The notes beneath the pieces were generated by a model, which was not told the origin of the DNA, searched no databases, and worked only from the letters and a program-made list of their open reading frames with translations. This document shows positions 1 to 11,760 of a stretch of 64,000 bases of DNA, piece after piece. Within the stretch, counting starts at the first letter, position 1. Every line of letters begins with the position of its first letter. The stretch comes from Octopus bimaculoides. Its lineage: Eukaryota. Made by a program: the position numbers and the translations under genes. The stretch covers positions 41,474,748-41,538,747 of the forward strand of contig NC_068981.1 of assembly GCF_001194135.2 (NCBI RefSeq), read 5' to 3'.

Positions 1-380
1 AGAGAGAGAGAAGTAGTGACAGGTAGAGGCGAAGAACAGTAGAGGGAAGAATGAGAGGGGGAGATAGAAATAGAGAGAGTTGCGTTAGAAAAATAGTTAA
101 AACTTACTGTATAAAGGTATCGCGTGCGTTCTGTCGTGATACAAACAATATATGAGTATATGCATATATATGTACATGTATGTATATACGTTCATGTACA
201 TGTATATATATATGTATGTATGTATGTAATTATTGGGACTAATGAGTATATGTCAATTTGTATGTTGAGTAAAGCACATTCATAGTTTGGGCTACCTAAT
301 GTCATCCATAGTTGGGGTATATATCTACTGGATCTAGGTCAGGAATTTCACAGTGTTAGTTGAGATAATAAATAACTAAC

Positions 381-517
381 GAAGGAAACAGAATAGATTT
401 AGCACTAGTCTTTATTCAGTACAATGATCATTTCAACCCATCCAGCAACTTGCAGGATGAGCTGAAATGATCCTTGTACTGAATAAAGACTAGTGCTAAA
501 TCTATTCTGTTTCCTTC
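381..517. repeat. 137-bp near-perfect palindrome (hairpin, possibly a MITE)
   Basis: 381-424 is the exact reverse complement of 474-517; 426-435 pairs with 463-472; short loop. Confidence 0.9.
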
Positions 518-693
518 ATCAATTGTATATATATGTATATATATTTGGGTATCTTATTTGATACATACCTGGTTAACTTCCATCTGTTGCCCATCTCCAT
601 GTCTCACTTATCTTGACCACTCATACTTTCTAACCCTCACATTTATCTTTAATGCTCATTTTCAAAATTTTGATATGCCGATTTGTTTTGCAG

Positions 694-797
694 ATTCGGA
701 ATCTCCGCAGTCAAAAAAGTGGGTTTCTGTAGAAGAAAAACAAAACAAAAAAAAAGCCAAAAGAGGGTGCAGTCCATGTCCTTTACCTCTGCCATGA
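694..797 (+). other. Possible terminal exon of an unidentified upstream gene (DSESPQSKKWV...KKKAKRGCSPCPLPLP*)
   Basis: Good acceptor (ttgttttgcag) followed by a short open frame; no recognisable homology. Confidence 0.2.
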
Positions 798-998
798 AAT
801 GTGGCCCCTAACTATTCTAGGAGGGAGTAACTCCAAATTAGAACTAACTCAGACCATGACAACGTTTCCAATCCATATCAGTATGGGAAGTTGATGTAAA
901 AATGATAATGATGATAATAATATGTGTGTGTATATATACATACATATAAGAGAGTGTGTGTATGTATACAGATATATATATATATATATATATATATA

Positions 999-1166
999 NN
1001 NNNNNNNNNNNNNNNNNNNNNNNNNNNNNNNNNNNNNNNNNNNNNNNNNNNNNNNNNNNNNNNNNNNNNNNNNNNNNNNNNNNNNNNNNNNNNNNNNNNN
1101 NNNNNNNNNNNNNNNNNNNNNNNNNNNNNNNNNNNNNNNNNNNNNNNNNNNNNNNNNNNNNNNNNN
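999..1166. other. Assembly gap (N run) after a (TA)n tract; smaller gaps at about 24278-24288, 51913-51938 and 58131-58140
   Basis: N characters. Confidence 0.99.
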
Positions 1167-3769
1167 TGGGGGGAGGGGTGCAGTCGATTAGATCAACCTA
1201 CAGTACACAACTGGTACTTAATTTATCCAAAAAGATGAAAGGCAAAGTTGACCTAGGTATTAATATAAATGTGTGAGAGAAGGCAGTGACTGAGCAGAGT
1301 CATTGGCATGCTGTGCAAAATGCTTAGCAGCATTTCGTCTGTTTCTATGTTCTGAGCCCAAATTTTGCCATGGTCAACTTTGCCTTTCATCCTTTTGGGG
1401 TTGATGTAATTGACTTGCCCCTCCTCCTTAAAAACTACTGACCTTGTGCCAAAACTTGAAACCAATATAAATATGTGAGTCTTATGTATGTTTGGAGAGA
1501 TAATGTTACCATTAGCTAGGTTGTACTGTATTACTTTTACAGGGTCAGGTCATTGATGAATATACCAAGCTAGCCTGTTAAAAAGGGTTGCCAGAAAACC
1601 AGCAGGATAAAATCAAAATTTGTTGAAAGAATGAACTCAATATACAGTGACTATTTAGCTATAGTATATGAAAATATGGAAATACTTATGATGGTGACAG
1701 GAGTTATAAGTCCCTAGATTTTGTCTGAACATCTGTCTAGGAGAGATGTAAATAGCCTTAGCTGTGGATAAGTTGACCTATCTGTACTGTCTTAGTGTTT
1801 TGTAAGTGAATCCAAGATGATAAATGTTAGGCAGGTACTGCCAAAGAGAGAAACAAGCTGTAGTAACCTACTTAAGTCAGTTTCTGACAGATTAGATACC
1901 TGGAAAACTCCAGCAGCTGGGAAGAGATAATTGTTGTTTTGAGTCATCTTGCCACTTGTTCTATCTCCTCCACAGTGATGATAGTGAAACTGGAAAATAC
2001 ATGCTCTCAAACTTCTGTAAAGCTTCATTACACAGGTATCCTGCAATGTAGATCATGGTTCTAGGATTTCAGGCAACTGTTGTCATTTGCAGCAGAAGGA
2101 GCATTACATGCATCTGCAGTGTTGAAATATCATCTTCTCTGTAGTTTCCTCACTCACGAGGACATACAGGGTGTTATAGCATAGGTGTCCTCTGTTGCTA
2201 CTTCGCTTTTAGTAGTACAATAGTACAATCCTCAAAGGATCCATTAGTGAAGAAGCTGTTGTCATCAAATTCATTGAGCAGCCATAAGCATGTGAAAAGA
2301 GCAACATTAAATAACAGTAATCATTTACTAAAAATACTCCTTGTTGCTTGCTTATTCAGGCTAAAAATGGAATTATATGAAATTAATCAGTATGTTGCAT
2401 CTGTAATTAACTGGGAGTTAAACAGTAGGTCTCACCATAGCTGAAGATCTGTCTGTTGCACATCTTAAGAAAGAAAAAAACTCAAGTGAAATGGTTCATT
2501 TGGGAATTAAATCTATCACAACTATTTTTCCAAGAGCTTTCCATAACACACACACACTCTCTCTCCCCCCCCCTCTCTTTCTCACACACACACACATATT
2601 GAATCTTAACTGCTCAACCCTGGAACATCTGAAGTAAATAACATGACCTGCTTGAAAGGTTCATCTGTAAAATAATAATTTCTTGCTGCAATCAATAACC
2701 TAGTGACATTGCATGTTAACAACAATGGGGTCAGGCCTGTCTTGTCTCCTGTTATTGCAATAATACAAACACAATTACTGAAGCAGATAATATGAACTAC
2801 TTGGTAAGATTTATAAAGCAATAACTGCTTTATCTAGAAATTATTAGGATATTGCCTTAACGCTAAGTAATTTTTTTATATTTGACTTGTAGTTGTTCTT
2901 GTGCTGTCCCATTTAAACAGAATATAGGTAGTTGGATTGACTAAGTGTGAATCACAGACCCAATGTTCCAAATACTCCTTGCTTTCCTCCAGGTGAGGAC
3001 CACACATCACATGATGATATACAGAAGTTTATTGTATGAAGTACAGTGTGACTGTCTGCACATATTGCATTTTTTTCACAGATTTTCCTTGCAGGTTTGT
3101 TGTCAGTAAGTCCCAGATCAAGCAAACCTGTGATCAAGGCATTCCAGCCATGTCTATCTTATCTTTTTAAGAGTATGTAGAACTATGTTATCCAATGTGG
3201 CCTTTTCTTTCTTAAGATGATAGAGTGAAGTTTGGCTGCTACTTCTTGCAGGTTAGGCAGCCACAAAGAGGCTCCATCATTGGCTCATGATATAGGCTGG
3301 TGGTGGTCCTAGAGAAAAAAAGTAGGTGTGGTGGGTTTGGTTGAAGTACCACAGTTGATATCCCTCTGCAATTATCTCTGGTATTCCAACACAATATTTA
3401 GGGCTACTGAAGTTAATGCTATCATTATATGTATTTCTGCAGAGTCGGAGGTTCAGTTTGCTTAATATGGTATAACAGATATATTTGAGGTTGATTGAAT
3501 ATACTCTGTGAGTTGCATCTTGTTGAAACATTCATTCTGTACTTTACATTTTGAACATTTTTGATTTTATTGTATAGGGGATCTGTGTATAGCATGGAAA
3601 GATGTGACATGTCATTTGTTGCAGGGAGATGAGGTGGGGTGCAAGAAAGTCTGGCATAAAACATTGTGGATCTAATTACTATTTATTTGTACACTATGTC
3701 TGTGATTTCTTTAATTGAAGAAAGTCAAATGTTAGGTAGATGTGTCCTGATTTCAATTAACCTGACCAA

Positions 3770-4935
3770 AATTAAGGAAAGCAATGATATGCAGGAGAAG
3801 CACTTAGCAAAAAGTAAACTGCTGAACTTGGCATTTATCAACATGGAGAAAGTCTTTGACAATGTCCTATGCTGATGACCTTGTTCTTATAGCTGAATCT
3901 CTACTAGAATTAGAGAAGAAATTTCATGTATGGATGCAAAGACTGGAATTTAAGGGCCTTAGAGTTTAATTTAGCAAAAACCAAAATACTAGTAAGCTGG
4001 AAAGCAGACAATTTACTTAACCCTTCAGGGAAAAGGCCCTGTACAATATATAGAAAAGATATAGGTCGAAATTTCATAAGGTGTGCTCTGTACAAACTGT
4101 AGACACATAAGAGGTGCAGTGGAATCACAAGAAGATTAACAGAGAAAGTAATCTTAGTGTGTGGTAGATGTACAGGTACAATAAATACTAAGAATATGTA
4201 GGAAACAGATTTCCTCATGTGTGCAGGGGGATCATTGGAGATAGTAAATAGTTTTCATTACTTAGGTTACCAAATTAGCTGTGGTGGAGGTTCTGAAAGC
4301 ATAGTTACAAGAATAAGAACCAGCTAGGAAAAGTTCAGAGAGCTATTACCAGGGCTGGCCCTAGGGGTGCTGGCACCCCAGGCAAGCTGAACTTCAGTAT
4401 GTACAAGCTGACAGTCGTGGAAAGTTCCTTGTCTTTGTCATGCCCTCTTTGGCCCAAGTTATCGGTACCTTGAGCCAGCTCTGACTATTACCTTTGTTGG
4501 TCACAAAAGGCCTCTCCCTTTTATATGATGCCTGTATACAGACGGCTATGTGACATGGCAGTGAATCGTGGGCTGTGACTGCAGAGGACATGCAAAAGCT
4601 TGAAAGAAATGAAGCCAGCATGCTCTGCTAGACATGCAATGTGCATGTACAACGAAGTGTAAATGTTTTTAAGAGAAATTGGGTATAAGAGGCATCAGCT
4701 GTAGTGTGAGAGAGAGAAGACTGCACATGTATGGTCATGTGATGCATATGGATGAGGACAGCTGTATAAAGAAGTACCAATCTCTAAATGTTAAAGGAAT
4801 CTGTAGAAGAGGAAGACCTAGGAGGCATAGGATGAAGTGGTGAGAAATGACCTTCAAATGTTTAGCCTTAGATGACTAAGGACAGAGACAACTGGCATTA
4901 TGATGTGCTTGAGAAGACTGCCCAGCAAAGTGAAA
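3770..4935 (+). mobile_element. Degraded RTE-clade LINE, RT and 3' region
   Basis: LAFINMEKVFD, YADDLVLIAES, GLRVNLAKTK, NSFHYLG, FRELLPLLVTKGLS, HGSESWA, YGHVMHM, RGRPR; stops and deletions. Confidence 0.88.
4350..4483. mobile_element. 134-bp hAT-type MITE nested in the RTE LINE
   Basis: Imperfect TIRs CAGGGCTGGCCCTAGG / CCTTGAGCCAGCTCTG; 8-bp TSD gctattac/actattac; removing it restores RELL-PLLVTK. Confidence 0.82.
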
Positions 4936-5950
4936 TCCTTGTCCATGAACCTCCTCCCTCTCCCACAACTCACCCATACTTTCCTTTGATGTTTTCCCCC
5001 ACTCTCCTTCATTCTCCTATGTATCCACCTATCAACCTGCATGTTATATGTTCCTGTTAGATCCCCTACCACATCTAGTTCCCACCCTCCTTTCGAAATC
5101 TTGTGAACTCACTGACCTACCCATCCTCTCTGATCCCTGGTTCACTCCATTATATACAATACCCTGTAACTTGGATGTACAGGCCCTCACCCATCTTCCT
5201 CTCTTCCCCATCTGAGGAAGCTGTATCTCTCTTCTACTGCAAGACACCTTTCTGTCCCTCCTCCCAATTGAGGGATCTTGTCTTGCAAGTTACTTGGTGA
5301 CCCCACTGCTGCTAATGCCTCATAGAAAGCACCTAGTACTTCCACACAGTTTCAATCTACCAAATTTCAATCACAAGACTATGGTAAAAAATACTTTTCC
5401 CCAGTGTACCACAGTGAGGTTAAACCTAAATTCACAATGTTGCAAAGTAGATTAATAACCATTAAACCATGCGTGTGATGAATTGCAGATATATTTAACC
5501 CTCATAAGCATGGTAGAATAGAGATAAGGATGATGATGATGATGATGGTAAAAGATTATGTAAGAATGAATTTTAGTGGTAACTAATTATAGCTCAGTGG
5601 ATGTTAAGATCTTCGTATAGATTTAATATGTATACATTTAGATAAAGATAGGGATTTGATGAAGGTTTTATGATGTGTCAAAGACAGATTCACTGGTGAT
5701 ACATGTACACACACATATATACATAAAATGAAAAAGAAAAAAATTAATAACTAAACATAAATGTCTCAATGAAATGTTTGCACTTTACAGTGTATCTGAC
5801 TCATATAGGATATTGTTTCTTTTTTTTATATTTTCAAATTTATTATTTTATGTAAGTTCTTTATTTTTGACAATGTCATGTATTAGTACAAAGGTGTTAT
5901 GTTGCCAAGTTATTTAGTATTTGAGACAATTTTTACCTTGAGTATGTCAG

Positions 5951-5982
<32 letters not shown>

Positions 5983-6697
5983 GTCGCGTGTGCATTGTAT
6001 TTCTCTGCCAGAATTTAATTAGAAGATGGGAAGTTTATAAGGAAATATCGAAAGAATTTTGGTATATGTGTGTGTACAGAACTGCTGCTTTATCTTGTTG
6101 AATATTATAATTAACTATAACCTACCTGTTTTACTGAAGTGACTATTGTTATCCTTATACAGCCTAAGAGAAAATACAATACAAAGATTGTTGCCAACTT
6201 TTAGTGTTTATTTAGAGGATGTGACTAGGTGGAAACAAATGTTCTATACATTTTGTCTTCCTTCAGACTATTGTTTCTATAGCCAGACAAACTAAGCTCT
6301 AGTTTGATAAACTTCCTTCTGTTGTTTTCCCTCTAATGGTAGGTTGAGTATGTTTACTGAATGGATAAAACAAGCAAGTACGTAGATTGTGTTATAGTCA
6401 AGTTAATCAGCTCCAGTTCTTAGTGTCTTAGAATAAGAGAGAAATAAAAAAGAATAATAAGTTTTGATTATTGGGTAAGAAAATTGCTCCCATACAGAAC
6501 TAACAACACCTAATTAACAACCCCAGATTTGTCACAGTTGAGAATTTAGAATCAAAATTTAGAAGGGAGACATTTTCAAAGAATTATTTTAAGCTAATGT
6601 AATCTTTTACACAGAAAACAAGGATTGGAAAACAAATGACAGAAAGGTTCGTAACAGTGAAGTAAAACAACTCTATGCAAATTTTGATTGTAGCATT

Positions 6698-6918
6698 TAT
6701 GAGGAGGTGCTGAAAAGTTCTTGACTTTAAGGGTCTCGGGATAGGCCTGGTTGGAAGCCCAACCTTCTGAGTTCTTTTATGGGGCTTAAAAAAACTGAAG
6801 GACCATTGCAATAAGTGTGTGAATCTGAGAGGGGGATATGTTCATTAAAATCGTAATTAACTGATCCTCCTGTATTTTCTTTTACCCAAAGCTAAGAACT
6901 TTTCAGCACCCCATCATA
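6698..6918 (+). mobile_element. Mariner-derived MITE (about 220 bp)
   Basis: TIRs TATGAGGAGGTGCTGAAAAGTTCTT / AAGAACTTTTCAGCACCCCATCATA; internal remnant LKKLKDHCNKCVNLRGGYV resembles the mariner C-terminus. Confidence 0.85.
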
Positions 6919-9900
6919 TATATAGTTTACAATTTAGATTGCAGTATCTTAGTAATTCAGTCACTGTTTGTCATGCTATCAGAGTGTTGACCTATTCTAT
7001 CACTGGCAATGACCTGATTCACTAATGTGAAATAAGTATACTGGGAAATGCAGCACAAAACTGCATGTCAAGTAATTTTAGAGACTAAATTACTCAAAAA
7101 TGACATCCCCGTGAAAAGCAAGCAAATATGATGGGGATGGGGAGCATTAATAAACTAACTAGAAATAATTAAACAGTCACGAAAAAAAATATTAGTGAGT
7201 ATTTTAACTATTTTGGAACATGTGACGTGTTTCAATTTTATTGAACCTCCTTCATTAAGCTTTAACTTTGCTTTATTGCTAAAATAATTAAATATTGTAC
7301 ACTAGTTGGCATAGAAAACTATAACAGACTTGCTAAATGATAAATGTTTAGAGAATAAAATAATTTGGACATACCAACTGCATGAAAAAGCTAACCAGAA
7401 ATAATTATGCTATAAAGAAAAAACATTTGGTCAATGAATGACTAATAATGTAATTGTCTTGGAAAATATGGGAAACAACTGTGCACATGACATCAACATA
7501 GACTTCCCCAAACTAATAGCAGAGTCACTGATTGTACACTGGTTGGCATAGAATATTGTTGTCTTTTTTTTCCTCACTGCATAATTTTTCTAGTTAGTTT
7601 TTTAATATTCCTTACATTAAGTAATTAAATATGTCAACACTTATTTAATTGATTGAAAACTGTTTCTTATAAGGTACATGGAAAAGGAAACTTCCTTTGG
7701 ATCTTTTCCTAAAAGTAAACACATGTAACCCCATAAGGTTACAGCTGTTTATTTTAGTTGTTGTGTATCTCCAGGCCATCTCTGGTTGTGTCATGCTTTG
7801 ATCAAAGACCATCTCAGACATGACCATAATGTCTTCAATTCTTTAATAGTATAGCTGGCGCAATATTATCTGATGTGTCCTTTCATAAGATGGTAGGATG
7901 TGGTTGAGAATGATTTATTTGTTATTTCTAGCAGATTGAATGGCCAAATAAAGGTTTCCTCATTGTTCAGTTACTTCTGTGTAATATTGGTATATGTTCT
8001 GCTGATTATATTTATTAGGTTTAGCATTACTTTGAAAGGCATAATAACTTAATGTGTGTGGCTATAATTTTTGTTTATATAATACTATGCATATTCTAAA
8101 AACAATTGTTAAAATAGTCTTCTGTTCATAACAGCACTTGTGACAAGAAGAGAACTTGCTGTAGAAAGATCTTATTAGAATATGATATGAAGGTAATAGG
8201 ACTATGTTGGACTACTGCTAAGTCCAACAATTAATTTGATGTCATGCTGTTTGGGCTATTTGTGGGATTAAATGTGAAAAGGATAAAAGTTTTTTAAAAT
8301 AGTGCAAGAATTTTCTGATACTCTCAAGAATCATCATCATTATCAACATTTAACGTCCATTGTCCATGCGAGCATGGGTTGGACGGTTTGACCAGGGCTG
8401 GTAAGTTGAGGGGGCTACACCAGACTCAAGTCTGATTTGGCATGGTTTCTACAGCTGGATGCCCTTTCTAATACCAACCAATCCAAGAGTATAATGAGTG
8501 CTTTTACATTCCATTTGTGAGACACCTGTATCTGCTATGATTTTACTTGGCTTGATAAACCAAAATCCAGTTGTTGAATGAAATGAAATTGAATGGAAAC
8601 TTAATTTTAGTTTTTTTTTTTTTTTTCAATGTTGATTGAAGAAAACTTTAATTTCAAATTTACACAGTATTTTGTTTTATAGAATTCTTGTAGATCCCTT
8701 GATTTAATAAGTCAAACTGAAAATATTTTTTAGTTATTTATATATTTTTATTATTTTCTTATTTCTTCCTCGTGTCAAATGATTTTACATTGATATGAAA
8801 CGGAAATTTCAATAACTGTTATCTTAGTACCTAAAAATGAATCACATGCTCCTACGGATGGTTAAGTTTTCAGGATATTCAACGTTGTGTTGTTAAATAA
8901 ACAAGTAAAATGTATAAAACATAGATATTGTAATTTCTTCGAAAAGAAGAGTCCTGTTAAGTGTTTTTGTTGTGATAAATGTTAACCTCTGAGTTAATTT
9001 TTGTCTAATTCAGAACAGATTCATTAAAGAGAGGAATCTGTAAGAAGTTAATTATAAGTTAGCTAATCAATTAACAAACTCAAATTGGCAACGGAAGTTT
9101 AAAATTTTGTTGTAGTTCCTGTAGAAATACCTAACTTTTTATAAACTTTTCTAACTTTTAAAGATTTTGCATTTTTTTCTTTCTCTCATAATCATCATAC
9201 ACTTTTGGTTTTAATTTTGTTCTTTGCTTTAGTAATAACTGTTATTTTATACTCGTTTTATTTTTCTGATTGGAAATTTTAAATAGGAACTTTTTCTTTA
9301 TTTTTTCCCCAATTATCAACAAACTTCCTCTTAGACACCAACTTTTGTGAATTTGTAAAATGGTCCTATGTTTGTATTCACTGTATACAATAAGAAAATA
9401 AAGCAAGTATTCACACAACCAAACTAAAATCTGTTTGCAATTTTTTTAATATTCTCTATTAATTTGACTTGGTTAAGTTAATAGAAAATATTAAAGTCTA
9501 GTATATGAGTTACCCTACCATATTCTATTCAGTGGCAGGGTTGACAAAACATGTAATATGGATAAATATACTTGACTGTACTCTCTTTTATAAATATGTA
9601 ACCTTGTACCAATGGTTTGTTTTGGAGGACTTTTGAGTTTTGTCCCATGGATAATTTCCAGAAATCCCTGACATGGAGGTACCATCAGCCAAGCTTGTCC
9701 AGGATGCATGCAACAGTTCTTCATGCACTCATCCAGCATTTGAGCATTGCTGGTTTGTGGAGTTATGTCCTGTGTGTGGTGTCTTGCTGTCCTGTGTGTG
9801 GTGAGTCCAACTATCAGCTCAGTCCATTGTGAAGATCATCCCATTGCCTTCGTTTGGCCATCAAGGACAGGTAGCTGTTATCTTCTAAGGGCTTTGAGAA

Positions 9901-10689
9901 AAGAAGTTGTGTGGTGGTCTAGATTGAAAGGGCTGAAGACAAACACCTTCCTCTTTGGCTGAGCCCTTATCAACATTTTTTTAAGCTTCACTTAAAAAGG
10001 AAAGTGAAGATGAAGTTGTAAATGCTATGTCTAAATAAATTTGTTGAAAGCTGAGTGGCAAGCATGGTCCCAGTGAATGGGCCTGTTCTGAGCATGTGCC
10101 TGTAGATTAGAGGAGGACAACTGAGAAAAGACATGGTCATGGTGACTATGGTCTGGTTGGGTTTCTACAAATAACTCTCAGAGGTCTTCTTTTGGGATTT
10201 ATTATTTGTTTGAATTTTTTTTATTTCTTATTTCTGTTATTTTGGTATTTTACACACTTTTATGTAATCCCACATTGTATAGTCCTGTACCATCCTCTAT
10301 GTTTTTGTCAACTTTAAGTGGTTATTCTGTGAGCTAGCAGAATTGTTAGCACACTAGATGAAATGCTTAGTGGTATTTCGCCTGTCACTGTGTTCTGAGT
10401 TCAAATTCCGCCAAGGTTGACATTGCCTTTCCTTTTTTCAGGGTCGATAAATTAAGTACCAGTCAAGTACAGGGGTCGATGTAATCGGCTATTCCCCTCC
10501 CCTCTAATTTCAGGCCTTGTGCCTTTAGTAGAAAGCATTATTATTATTATTTAAGAAGGGAGGTAGATGACAGAAATAGTAGTACAGTAGACAAAATGAT
10601 TTTATTTATGCTCCCTTACACTGATTAAAAGTCTTGCTGCCTTTTGCCGTTAATCCTTCCAGGAGTAGTAGTAAAATAAGTATTGTACA

Positions 10690-11760
10690 AAATTAAATGA
10701 TCCAATCTACTACATTTCTCTCCATAATTTGCAGCTTTGTCAGCTTATGTAAGAAATCATTATCCATTTGAAAGATACTTGCAGTTTATATCAAATTTAC
10801 ATGCTTTGAGAGAATACTCAAACAGGATTTGAAGACTACGGTATTACTAATTTCTGGAATGTACTTGTCTCTTTATAGATGTCTTTATAGAAGTGATTGC
10901 ATATCTTTCCAGGTATACCAATTATATGTGATATTGGGCACACATTTCTTAAATACCACACTTTCTATTCAATAACTAATGCATTGAATGTATTAGCGTT
11001 TGCACTGATGGTGCTCCATCCATACCAGGTAAAAACAAAGGCTTTGTGCCTCATGTATTATAAAAAAATTCACAACTTAAAATTGTCTATTGCATGATTC
11101 ACCATGAAATTTTGGTGTCAAAATCTCTACCTGATGGTTTCCTGAAGACAATGGACAACATTGTTAAACTGGTGAATTACATAAAATCACATTTCCTATG
11201 GTGCAGACTTTTTGCATCCCTATGTGAAACTATGGATTCTGATTTTAAGTGTTTACTGCTTCATACAGAAGTGCGATGGCTCTTGAAAGGAAAATTGCTC
11301 TCTCAATTTATCTCTTAGTGAACTGAAATAATATGTTTCTTCGATGCTGAAAATTTTGGATTTGAATTTCTTAATGATGATAATTGGTGGCTGGAAGTAG
11401 TATTTCTCAACGATCTTTTTGAGAAGTTGAATGTTTTAAATTTGAGTCTGCAAGAAGCGAATGAGAATATTATTACAATTACAGGCAAATTAAAGTCTTT
11501 CACCAACAAGTTAGAACTGTGGATAAGGAAAGTTAAAAACTCGCAGTTTGATTGCTTTCCAGGCATAGAGGCTTTTCCAAACAAATTAAAAATTTTATCA
11601 GAAATGCAGAAGACAGTAGAAAACCTCTCTGTATCATTTTCTAAGTATCTTCCATCACTTGATTATCAAATGTATGAGTGGGTCATCAATCCTTTCACAA
11701 GATACGACAGTACACACCTGTCATTAACATTAACAGAAGAAAATTTAATAGACTTGAAAA
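10690..11760 (+). pseudogene. Fossil hAT (Buster/Charlie/SPIN-like) transposase with frameshifts
   Basis: AYVR, SVCTDGAPS, CMIHHE, LVNYIKS, LLLHTEVRWLLKGK, LNLSLQ, KLELW across three frames. Confidence 0.9.

Noticed and set aside
8760-9130. Slightly CpG-richer unique stretch with CGGAA (ETS-like) motifs, as a possible promoter
   Set aside because: Weak signal and no downstream first exon could be identified.
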